Source: a phage
Assembly (NCBI GenBank): GCA_016390365.1
Contig: GCA_016390365.1_3043.1
DNA: 64,000 bases
Reading direction: 5' to 3' (one strand)
In this document: positions 45,884-53,484 of the stretch, in pieces
Position numbering within the stretch: position 1 is the first letter of the stretch
Layout: each line of letters opens with the position of its first letter
The notes under the pieces: model-generated
What the model was told of the DNA's origin: nothing
Database searches by the model: none
The model's input: the letters and a program-made list of their open reading frames with translations, nothing else
Made by a program: the position numbers and the translations under genes

Positions 45884-45887
45884 TATG
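45839..45887 (+). repeat. direct repeat copy 1 (gene 3' end)
   Basis: 49 nt, about 4 mismatches to 46197..46245. Confidence 0.7.
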
Positions 45888-46241
45888 TATAGTTCTGAAT
45901 TTTCATATTTAAAAATGGAAAAAATTTCATACGATTTTATAGATGAAAAGGTTTATTACAGTTTCCATGAACCGCGTTTTAATAGTGAGGTTGGGTTTAT
46001 TGTAGTAAAAGACAATTTCATTTTAAAGATATATTCGGCATTAAAGGATTTTCACTACGAAAATATTAACCTAAAATTTGATAAAGAAAACGTTCGTAAT
46101 TGTGCAGTAACAATTACAGGAAATAAAGGTGCATGTGTTATGCTATCTGATGAAATTAATGATTTGCTAAATGATGCAGAAAATATTACTGCGCCATCTA
46201 TTGATGACCAAATTTTTAATGCTTTTATGAATAGAGGTTAA
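45885..46241 (+). CDS. hypothetical protein sharing C-terminal module with 61.2-like gene
   Basis: 118 aa ending IDDQIFNAFMNRG. Confidence 0.5.
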   Translation: MYSSEFSYLKMEKISYDFIDEKVYYSFHEPRFNSEVGFIVVKDNFILKIYSALKDFHYENINLKFDKENVRNCAVTITGNKGACVMLSDEINDLLNDAENITAPSIDDQIFNAFMNRG

Positions 46242-46245
46242 TATG
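46197..46245 (+). repeat. direct repeat copy 2 (gene 3' end)
   Basis: matches 45839..45887. Confidence 0.7.
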
Positions 46246-46407
46246 AAAACATATAAAGAATTTATCAAAGAAGATATGGTTGCTGGAGATTCAGGTGGTA
46301 ATCCTGAAAATATCTCTACTGGAACAGCGTCAGGCGCTGTAGTAAATAAAGGCCCTGAACAGATTTCTAAAAAGAAAAAAGAGGAATCTAAAGAAAAAGA
46401 AGAGTAA
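46243..46407 (+). CDS. hypothetical small protein with capsid-targeting-like N-terminus
   Basis: 54 aa MKTYKEFIKEDMVAGDSGG...; N-terminus resembles internal-protein CTS; Lys/Glu-rich tail; not in track. Confidence 0.4.
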   Translation: MKTYKEFIKEDMVAGDSGGNPENISTGTASGAVVNKGPEQISKKKKEESKEKEE

Positions 46408-46409
46408 AA

Positions 46410-47438
46410 ATGTCATCAATACCTTGGATTGATAATGAGTTTGCGTATCGTGCATTAGCTCATTTACCTAAATTCACACAAGTAAATAATAGTTCAACTT
46501 TTAAATTACGGTTTAGATGCCCAGTGTGTGGAGATTCAAAAACCGACCAGAATAAAGCCCGTGGATGGTATTATGGTGATAATAATGAAGGAAATATTCA
46601 TTGTTATAACTGTAACTATCATGCACCAATCGGAATATATTTAAAGGAGTTTGAACCCGATTTATATCGTGAGTATATCTTTGAAATAAGAAAAGAAAAA
46701 GGTAAAAGTCGTCCAGTAGAAAAACCTAAAGAACTTCCTAAACAACCTGAGAAGAAAATAATTAAATCTCTTCCGTCATGTGTTAGATTAGATAAACTGG
46801 CGGAAGACCATCCAATTATAAAATATGTAAAAGCTCGTTGTATTCCAAAGGATAAATGGAAATATCTTTGGTTTACAACTGAATGGCCTAAATTAGTTAA
46901 TAGTATAGCTCCAGGAACATATAAAAAGGAAACACCTGAGCCTCGTCTTGTTATTCCAATTTATAATGCTAACGGAAAAGCTGAGTCTTTTCAAGGACGT
47001 GCATTAAAGAAAGATGCTCCTCAAAAATATATCACCATCAAAGCTTATCCTGAGGCAACAAAAATCTATGGAGTCGAACGAGTCAAAGATGGTGATGTAT
47101 ATGTTCTAGAAGGACCTATAGATTCGCTTTTTATTGAAAATGGTATAGCTATTACAGGTGGTCAATTAGACCTAGAAGTTGTTCCATTTAAAGATAGACG
47201 TGTGTGGGTTTTAGATAATGAACCTCGTCATCCTGACACTATTAAGCGAATGACTAAATTAGTTGATGCAGGAGAAAGGGTTATGTTTTGGGATAAATCT
47301 CCCTGGAAATCAAAAGATGTTAATGATATGATTAGAAAGGAAGGTGCAACCACTGAACAAATTATGGAATATATGAAAAATAATATTGCTCAGGGGTTGA
47401 TGGCTAAAATGCGGTTATCTAAATATGCTAAGATTTAA
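46410..47438 (+). CDS. 61: DNA primase gp61
   Basis: 342 aa; zinc ribbon CPVCGDSK...CYNC; Toprim region. Confidence 0.95.
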   Translation: MSSIPWIDNEFAYRALAHLPKFTQVNNSSTFKLRFRCPVCGDSKTDQNKARGWYYGDNNEGNIHCYNCNYHAPIGIYLKEFEPDLYREYIFEIRKEKGKSRPVEKPKELPKQPEKKIIKSLPSCVRLDKLAEDHPIIKYVKARCIPKDKWKYLWFTTEWPKLVNSIAPGTYKKETPEPRLVIPIYNANGKAESFQGRALKKDAPQKYITIKAYPEATKIYGVERVKDGDVYVLEGPIDSLFIENGIAITGGQLDLEVVPFKDRRVWVLDNEPRHPDTIKRMTKLVDAGERVMFWDKSPWKSKDVNDMIRKEGATTEQIMEYMKNNIAQGLMAKMRLSKYAKI

Positions 47439-47647
47439 ATTAACCCAACTAAAGCGAATGCTAAATCTACGAATGTATCAAGAGTAACTACTGGAATATT
47501 AATACCATGTGCAATTGCAACAGGTGATAAAATAAAGTTCCAGAGTAAAATTCCTACCATAGCAGAAATAGTAAAAGCTATACGCTTTTTATTACCTTTA
47601 TGGCATTAACAAGTGCCATTAATTTTTGTACCATGTGTCCTCCTTAT

Positions 47648-47671
47648 TGCTTTATATATTTATTGTATAAT
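47648..47671 (+). promoter_or_regulatory. MotA-box middle promoter for gene 56
   Basis: TGCTTTA 47648-47654, 11-nt gap, TATAAT 47666-47671. Confidence 0.5.
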
Positions 47672-47705
47672 TAATCTACTAACCCATGAATTGAAAGGAA
47701 AAATA

Positions 47706-48224
47706 ATGGCATACTTTAATGAATGTTCACAACTGATTGAAGGCGCTGATAAAGCTCAAAATGAATACTGGGATATTCTCGGTGATGAAAAAGACCCGTT
47801 GCAAGTTATGCTTGATATGCAGAAATCTCTGCAGGTTCGTTTAGCTAAAGATAAACCTGAATATAACCGTCATCCTGATGATTTGGCTACTGCGGGTGAA
47901 GTTGTTGATTGGCTGCGTAATCAGAAAGATTATATTGATGATGAATTCCGCGAACTATTGACTTCTCTTGGTGGTATGAGCAATGGTGAAAAAGATGCAT
48001 CTGCTGTATGGAAGCCTTGGAAAGCTCAACATGGTGAACGACGTGAAACTCTGATTACTGATTTGTCTCCACAAGACCAGTTGGAAATTAAATTCGAAAT
48101 GATTGATATTCTTCATTTCGTTCTGAACATGTTCCAAGGCCTCGGTCTTACGGCTGAAGAAATCTTTAAACTTTATTATCTGAAAAATGCTGAAAACTTC
48201 GCTCGTCAAGACCGAGGTTATTAA
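47706..48224 (+). CDS. 56: dCTPase/dUTPase gp56
   Basis: 172 aa from ATG 47706 (MAYFNECSQLIEGADKAQNEYWDILGDEKDP), matches recalled T4 gp56. Confidence 0.9.
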   Translation: MAYFNECSQLIEGADKAQNEYWDILGDEKDPLQVMLDMQKSLQVRLAKDKPEYNRHPDDLATAGEVVDWLRNQKDYIDDEFRELLTSLGGMSNGEKDASAVWKPWKAQHGERRETLITDLSPQDQLEIKFEMIDILHFVLNMFQGLGLTAEEIFKLYYLKNAENFARQDRGY

Positions 48225-48424
48225 TGGCTCGTTTAAATAAACGCCAGCTTAAGAAAGCCCACAAGAAACGTATTGACCAGCTATTTAAAAATTATGACAA
48301 GGAGCTCACATACGAGCTCTTATCTAATCAGCTTCGTGTAGTTGATTGGGGTGTAGAAGAAGGTCTTGATGAAATTTTTGTCAGTAAAGAAGCCTTAAAA
48401 TTAATTATAGAGCATTCAAAATGA
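48224..48424 (+). CDS. hypothetical basic small protein
   Basis: 66-codon ORF, TAATG coupling to 56. Confidence 0.45.
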   Translation: MARLNKRQLKKAHKKRIDQLFKNYDKELTYELLSNQLRVVDWGVEEGLDEIFVSKEALKLIIEHSK

Positions 48425-48594
48425 AAATATCCAAAGAAGAATTTATTAGACGACAAAAAGCTTTAATTAATTTATACGAGTGGTATGCCTATCAACTTAA
48501 AGTAGATAGCTCTAATATAAATGCTGTAATGGCTTTATATAAACAAATTCAAGATGAACACGAATTCCTGGCACAAGTTTTCATTGAAGACTGA
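48421..48594 (+). CDS. hypothetical small protein
   Basis: 57-aa ORF MKISKEEFIRRQKAL; not in track. Confidence 0.4.
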   Translation: MKISKEEFIRRQKALINLYEWYAYQLKVDSSNINAVMALYKQIQDEHEFLAQVFIED

Positions 48595-48602
48595 TATAAA
48601 TA
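48595..48602 (+). promoter_or_regulatory. late-promoter box TATAAATA upstream of soc
   Basis: exact TATAAATA about 30 nt upstream of ATG 48634. Confidence 0.5.
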
Positions 48603-48633
48603 CACCTGTAATTAAACAATAAAGGAGTTTATT

Positions 48634-48870
48634 ATGGGTGGTTTCGTTAACATCAAGACCTTTACTCATCCAGCAGGTGAAGGCAAAGAAGTTAAAGGTA
48701 TGGAAGTTTCTGTAGCATTTGATGTATATTCAAATGAACACCGTATTGCAGATTCTCATTATCAAATCTTTCCGTCAGAAAAAGCAGCTTATTCTGATGT
48801 AGTTTCCGATGCAACAACTTGGAAAACTAAGAATGCTGCAATGTTTACGCCTACAGAAATAGGTGGTTAA
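48634..48870 (+). CDS. soc: small outer capsid protein Soc
   Basis: 78 aa GFVNIKTF...EVSVAFDVYS...HYQIFPSEKAAYS resembles recalled T4 Soc; late promoter upstream. Confidence 0.8.
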   Translation: MGGFVNIKTFTHPAGEGKEVKGMEVSVAFDVYSNEHRIADSHYQIFPSEKAAYSDVVSDATTWKTKNAAMFTPTEIGG

Positions 48871-48878
48871 TAATTCAA

Positions 48879-48903
48879 GGACTCCTTCGGGAGTCCTTTT
48901 TTC
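48879..48903 (+). terminator. rho-independent terminator, UUCG tetraloop
   Basis: ggactcc-ttcg-ggagtcc followed by T6. Confidence 0.8.
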
Positions 48904-48909
48904 ATTTTA

Positions 48910-48944
48910 CCGGTTTACTTTCCAAAATGAGTATGGTATAATAG
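48910..48944 (+). promoter_or_regulatory. early promoter
   Basis: gtttac 48913-48918, 17-bp spacer, tatggtataat. Confidence 0.55.
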
Positions 48945-48968
48945 AATTATCTTATAGAGGAGAGCACT

Positions 48969-49175
48969 ATGTTAAATCGCTGGATTAAACCAAATGAAGA
49001 TTTAGATATTATCATTTCACGGCATGTAATGAAGAAATATGAACTACAGCCATGGTCTACAGAAGTTGTTGTGCATTCATTTATGATGTACGCAGATGGT
49101 TCTGTTGAATTTAATGCAGAGATTCGATATGATTATGGCGAGAAGCAAGTTGAATTCAAAAGAGGCTTTTTGTAA
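48969..49175 (+). CDS. hypothetical protein
   Basis: 68-codon ORF after SD gaggagag. Confidence 0.45.
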   Translation: MLNRWIKPNEDLDIIISRHVMKKYELQPWSTEVVVHSFMMYADGSVEFNAEIRYDYGEKQVEFKRGFL

Positions 49176-49513
49176 TGTTTATCTTTAATTGGTTTAAAAG
49201 TTTCTTTACGGATTTTTTCTCTACAACTCCCGGAGAAGGTGTAGTTCCTATTTCAAATGACTACCTTCCTTTAACTGTAGTTGAATATGTTTATATGGGA
49301 GATGGAACAGTAGAAGCGGTTACTATGACTTATGAAGAAGCCCAGGAATATTATAAAAATCCTTGGCGTTGGTCAACACCTACATCATCTAATACGCAGA
49401 ATACACAGCCTAGTTCTGATTCATATGACACTAATGTTCCTGTTCATGTATGGACGGGCGATTCATGTGGAAGTTCTTGTGATTCTAGTTGTTCATCTAC
49501 ATCTTGTGATTGA
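49175..49513 (+). CDS. hypothetical protein with Ser/Cys-rich C-terminal tail
   Basis: C-terminus [17 protein letters not shown]. Confidence 0.45.
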   Translation: MFIFNWFKSFFTDFFSTTPGEGVVPISNDYLPLTVVEYVYMGDGTVEAVTMTYEEAQEYYKNPWRWSTPTSSNTQNTQPSSDSYDTNVPVHVWTGDSCGSSCDSSCSSTSCD

Positions 49514-49521
49514 GGAAAATT

Positions 49522-50007
49522 ATGGAAGCGATTTTGTTTGAAATGTATATTAGCAGTAATAGTATGTCGTTTGCTAAAGACGTTCCAATTACCGTAGCAG
49601 TAATGATTGATAAGGGTTATTGTGACCCAATGTATCTCGTAGAAAATTTCGTTTCAATGCCAGTTCCAGAAGATGCTGAAATAAAACTTAAAAAGATTGG
49701 TATTATTGAAACTGTACCAAATATTCCATTTAGAGCAATTGAAGCATTTACTAAATCCGAATACATTAATGTTAGCGCAGAACAATATAATGATAAGCCT
49801 TTATCTTTTTATTCGTACGATTCACTATATAGTTGGAAAATAGATAAAGGAAATAAATTTATAATTGCAAGTGAAGATGCGTTATCATACTTTATTTCTT
49901 CTGTATGGAATAGTTTACATCCAAATTTGCTAAAAATTCATGAATTTGATGATGCTCCTACTGTTGTTTTAGGTAAAACAAATGAAAGCTCTGAAGAAGA
50001 TGCTTGA
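49522..50007 (+). CDS. hypothetical protein (mrh position)
   Basis: start ATG 49522 after SD gaggaaa; 161 aa, same length as recalled Mrh; identity unverified. Confidence 0.45.
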   Translation: MEAILFEMYISSNSMSFAKDVPITVAVMIDKGYCDPMYLVENFVSMPVPEDAEIKLKKIGIIETVPNIPFRAIEAFTKSEYINVSAEQYNDKPLSFYSYDSLYSWKIDKGNKFIIASEDALSYFISSVWNSLHPNLLKIHEFDDAPTVVLGKTNESSEEDA

Positions 50008-50185
50008 ATGGTTCAATAGACCAAACTCAATGTATATTGATGATGGTTGGGTTGAACAAGCAAATAAAGAAATACAGAACGAGTCAGAAGAATGGATGAA
50101 ATCAATGATTAGTGCTGAGAAAGAAAAGAAATTAGAACGCTCAGCGCTTAAATTGATGAGAGACATCTATGGTGATAAATCATGA
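49982..50185 (+). CDS. hypothetical protein
   Basis: 67-codon ORF. Confidence 0.4.
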   Translation: MKALKKMLEWFNRPNSMYIDDGWVEQANKEIQNESEEWMKSMISAEKEKKLERSALKLMRDIYGDKS

Positions 50186-50345
50186 CCAAAGATATGACGT
50201 TAGAAGAGGCAAAGGCTAAAGCAAATGAAGCAATGGATTTGCTTCTTAAAATTGGCAGTAAAATGATGGAAGAAAATGAGAAATATATCCAGGAAAATAA
50301 AATTCCTGACGGTCCATTAGTAGGCAAGAGGAAATCGCATGATTG
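50181..50345 (+). CDS. hypothetical small protein
   Basis: 54-aa [19 protein letters not shown]; not in track. Confidence 0.35.
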
Positions 50346-50644
50346 AAGTAGCAAAACATTATTCAATAGAATTTATGTCTAAAGAAGGTAAATCAGTAAA
50401 TACACTTGATAAAAAATGCTCATTAATTATTCCTTTAGCAGAAAATCCGGATCTTTTAATTAAAGATATAAAAGAAAGAAAATATCCAGAAAATGTTATT
50501 CTAATTATAAAGCATACTGAAGATATTTTACAGAATACTGATTCACCGTTTTCTTCTTCTGAAGCTTTAACTATTAAAGGCTATAAAAGAGCTCATGAAT
50601 ATGGGGTCTTTTTGCCCTGTTTGAAGACGATAAAGTTAAATTAG
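50339..50644 (+). CDS. hypothetical protein (possibly 5' part of a frameshifted gene)
   Basis: 101-codon ORF; downstream frame stays open to 50823. Confidence 0.45.
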   Translation: MIEVAKHYSIEFMSKEGKSVNTLDKKCSLIIPLAENPDLLIKDIKERKYPENVILIIKHTEDILQNTDSPFSSSEALTIKGYKRAHEYGVFLPCLKTIKLN

Positions 50645-50831
50645 CACTTAATTTAGCAGGTCAACCTTCTAAAAGTAAAACATTCATTATTGAAGATATT
50701 AAAGATATAAATGCATTTGTTAAGATGGTCTGGGCTCATTTTGATGTTGGACTACGCTGGAGAATATCTGAAGAAGAAAGAAAGATTATTGAAGCTAATC
50801 GTTATTTTGGTTTTTATCGCTAGGAATTAAT

Positions 50832-51014
50832 ATGGATTTATTTGAGATGTTAGAAGATAATCATTCTACGAATATCCAGAATGATTCTAGTGATTATAAG
50901 AAAGAGTACCGTATAGTATTACAGAATTATGGAATTGAAGCCCCAGATGCTCTTCTAGAAGAACTAGCTTCATACCATCTTGACCCTCCGCCTTGGGCTC
51001 CCTGGGCAAAATAA
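50832..51014 (+). CDS. hypothetical protein
   Basis: 60-codon ORF. Confidence 0.4.
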   Translation: MDLFEMLEDNHSTNIQNDSSDYKKEYRIVLQNYGIEAPDALLEELASYHLDPPPWAPWAK

Positions 51015-51021
51015 TTCAAAA

Positions 51022-51057
51022 AGTTGTTTACTTTCCTTTCTAACGATGATATGATAG
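51022..51057 (+). promoter_or_regulatory. early promoter
   Basis: gtttac 51026-51031, 17-bp spacer, gatatgatag. Confidence 0.5.
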
Positions 51058-51082
51058 CTTCTGAAAGTATACGGAGGCTATC

Positions 51083-51694
51083 ATGATTATTAATCTTGCA
51101 GATGTTGAACAGTTATCTATAAAAGCTGAAAGCGTTGATTTTCAATATGATATGTATAAAAAAGTCTGTGAAAAATTTACTGACTTTGAGCAATCTGTTC
51201 TTTGGCAATGTATGGAAGCTAAAAAGAATGAAGCTCTTCATAGGCAGTTGAATAAAATCATTAAAAAGCATTTAACTAAATCACCTTATCAGCTATATCG
51301 TGGTATATCAAAATCAACAGAAGAACTTATTAAAGATTTACAAGTCGGAGAAGTGTTTTCAACGAACAGGGTAGATTCATTTACTACTAGTTTGCACATA
51401 GCATGTGGTTTTTCTTATGTGTATTTCACTGAAATAATATTTCGCTTAAAAACTAATAAAGCTTTTAATTATTCTGACCATATCAGCGATATTATACTTT
51501 CTTCTCCTAATACTGAGTTTAAGTACACGTATGAAGATACTGATGGATTAGATTCAGAGCGTACTGATAACTTAATGATGATTGTGCGTGAACAAGAATG
51601 GATGATTCCAATTGGAAAGTATAGAATAACTTCATTTCAAAAGAAAAATTACACGATTCATTTGGAACATTTAAAGTTTATGATATTGAGGTAG
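51083..51694 (+). CDS. modB: ADP-ribosyltransferase ModB
   Basis: 203 aa; R-S-ExE pattern: R73 (LYRG), TTS, EQE 170-172. Confidence 0.75.
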   Translation: MIINLADVEQLSIKAESVDFQYDMYKKVCEKFTDFEQSVLWQCMEAKKNEALHRQLNKIIKKHLTKSPYQLYRGISKSTEELIKDLQVGEVFSTNRVDSFTTSLHIACGFSYVYFTEIIFRLKTNKAFNYSDHISDIILSSPNTEFKYTYEDTDGLDSERTDNLMMIVREQEWMIPIGKYRITSFQKKNYTIHLEHLKFMILR

Positions 51695-51698
51695 TTGA

Positions 51699-52301
51699 AT
51701 GAAATACTCAGTAATGCAACTAAAAGATTTTAAAATAAAATCAATGGATGCATCGGTGCGTGCTTCTATTCGTGAAGAATTACTTTCTGAAGGATTTAAT
51801 TTATCTGAAATTGAACTTTTAATTCATTGTATTACCAACAAACCAGATGACCATACTTGGTTAAATGAAATAATCAAATCTCGTTTGGAACCAAACGATA
51901 AACCTCTTTGGAGAGGTGTTCCAGCTGAGACTAAGCAAGTATTAAATCAAGGAATTGATATTATTACATTTGATAAAGTAGTATCAGCTTCATATGATAA
52001 AAATATAGCTCTGCATTTTGCTTCTGGTTTAGAGTATAACACACAAGTTATTTTTGAATTCAAAGCTCCTATGGTATTCAATTTCCAGGAGTATGCTATA
52101 AAAGCTCTACGCTGTAAAGAATACAATCCAAACTTTAAGTTTCCAGATAGCCATCGTTATCGTAATATGGAATTAGTTTCAGATGAACAAGAAGTAATGA
52201 TACCAGCTGGAAGTGTATTTAGAATTGCAGATAGATATGAGTACAAAAAGTATTCAACATACACTATCTATACTCTTGATTTTGAAGGATTTAATCTATA
52301 A
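51699..52301 (+). CDS. modA: ADP-ribosyltransferase ModA
   Basis: 200 aa; R72 (WRG), SAS, EQE 163-165, matching recalled ModA catalytic residues R72/E165. Confidence 0.75.
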   Translation: MKYSVMQLKDFKIKSMDASVRASIREELLSEGFNLSEIELLIHCITNKPDDHTWLNEIIKSRLEPNDKPLWRGVPAETKQVLNQGIDIITFDKVVSASYDKNIALHFASGLEYNTQVIFEFKAPMVFNFQEYAIKALRCKEYNPNFKFPDSHRYRNMELVSDEQEVMIPAGSVFRIADRYEYKKYSTYTIYTLDFEGFNL

Positions 52302-52355
52302 TGGAAGGACTTAGATTCATTATACCATGAAAGTTTTAAAGCATTTTTACATAAA

Positions 52356-52390
52356 GTTGTTTACAAGTTAAGGTAAAAATGTTATAGTAT
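52356..52390 (+). promoter_or_regulatory. early promoter
   Basis: gtttac 52359-52364, 17-bp spacer, atgttatagtat. Confidence 0.5.
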
Positions 52391-52424
52391 AAGTAGTTAA
52401 CCGTCCGTAAGATGTGAGAAAAAT

Positions 52425-53171
52425 ATGAAGCTGTCTAATAATCAAATTCGTAAAATTAAACGTCGTTTAGAGCATACTCAGGCATCTGCTAAAAGACGTT
52501 CTAAAGATTTTAACTTAGACTTCAATTACATTAAGAACATTTTAGACCAAAAAGTTTGTGCTTACTCGGGAGAACCTTTTGATAATCGTATTGAAGGAGA
52601 GAAATTATCATTAGAACGTTTTGATAATAACGTTGGATACATTAAAGGGAATGTTATTGCAGTAAAGAAAAAGTATAATACATTTCGTTCTGATTATACT
52701 TTAGAAGAGCTGATTGAAAAGCGTGATTTATTTGCTTTGCGAATTGGTCGTTCATCTGCGAAAAAAGTTCATAAACTAAATTTAGATGAAAAGAAATGGG
52801 CTAAAATCAAAAAGACTTATAATCAAATTAAAGCTATACAGAAAAAACGTGAAAACCGAATTGAACACATTTCTCGGCTTTCTAAATCAAAACAAACCTC
52901 TGACGTTAAGCTAACGATTGTAGCACTCAAAGCTCGTATTGATGGTTCTCGTATAGCAGAAGGCGCTGAAGTTGTTAAATTGAACGTTCTTCTTAAAGGC
53001 TCTGATTGGAAAACTGTGAAAAAGTTGTCAGAAGCAGAAATGCAATATGATATGTGTGATAAAATTATTCAAGGTGTAGAGCGGTATCAAAACTTGTCTT
53101 TTATTGATAAACTTAAACTGAAAAGAGGATACCCGTTAAATTGTTCAATTTTTAAACTTATCCGAGGATAA
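52425..53171 (+). CDS. hypothetical basic protein at the srd position
   Basis: 248 aa, Lys/Arg-rich; synteny modA-srd-dda.1-dda; identity to Srd unverified. Confidence 0.5.
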   Translation: MKLSNNQIRKIKRRLEHTQASAKRRSKDFNLDFNYIKNILDQKVCAYSGEPFDNRIEGEKLSLERFDNNVGYIKGNVIAVKKKYNTFRSDYTLEELIEKRDLFALRIGRSSAKKVHKLNLDEKKWAKIKKTYNQIKAIQKKRENRIEHISRLSKSKQTSDVKLTIVALKARIDGSRIAEGAEVVKLNVLLKGSDWKTVKKLSEAEMQYDMCDKIIQGVERYQNLSFIDKLKLKRGYPLNCSIFKLIRG

Positions 53172-53172
53172 T

Positions 53173-53484
53173 ATGTTTTATGTATATGCGATAGTGTATA
53201 GAGATAAAGATGGATTTACGGCGCCAGTTCCACTTGATGAACATCGTCCTGCTGTATTTTTTGAAAGGGAGATTGCTGATAAAGTATTTACCACTCTTAA
53301 AGAGCAGTATCGACTAGCTTTAGGTATGGGAATTCCGAGATTAGTTGAGACTCCACGCAAGTTTTGGTTTAATAAAATAGAAGTTAAACATGTTAAGCCT
53401 GATGTAGACACACAAAGATTATATCGGCGAATTTTAGATACTGGGCGTATTGTTAGTATACCAATTGCAGGGAATTTACGATGA
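53173..53484 (+). CDS. hypothetical protein (dda.1 position)
   Basis: 103-codon ORF overlapping dda start. Confidence 0.5.
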   Translation: MFYVYAIVYRDKDGFTAPVPLDEHRPAVFFEREIADKVFTTLKEQYRLALGMGIPRLVETPRKFWFNKIEVKHVKPDVDTQRLYRRILDTGRIVSIPIAGNLR

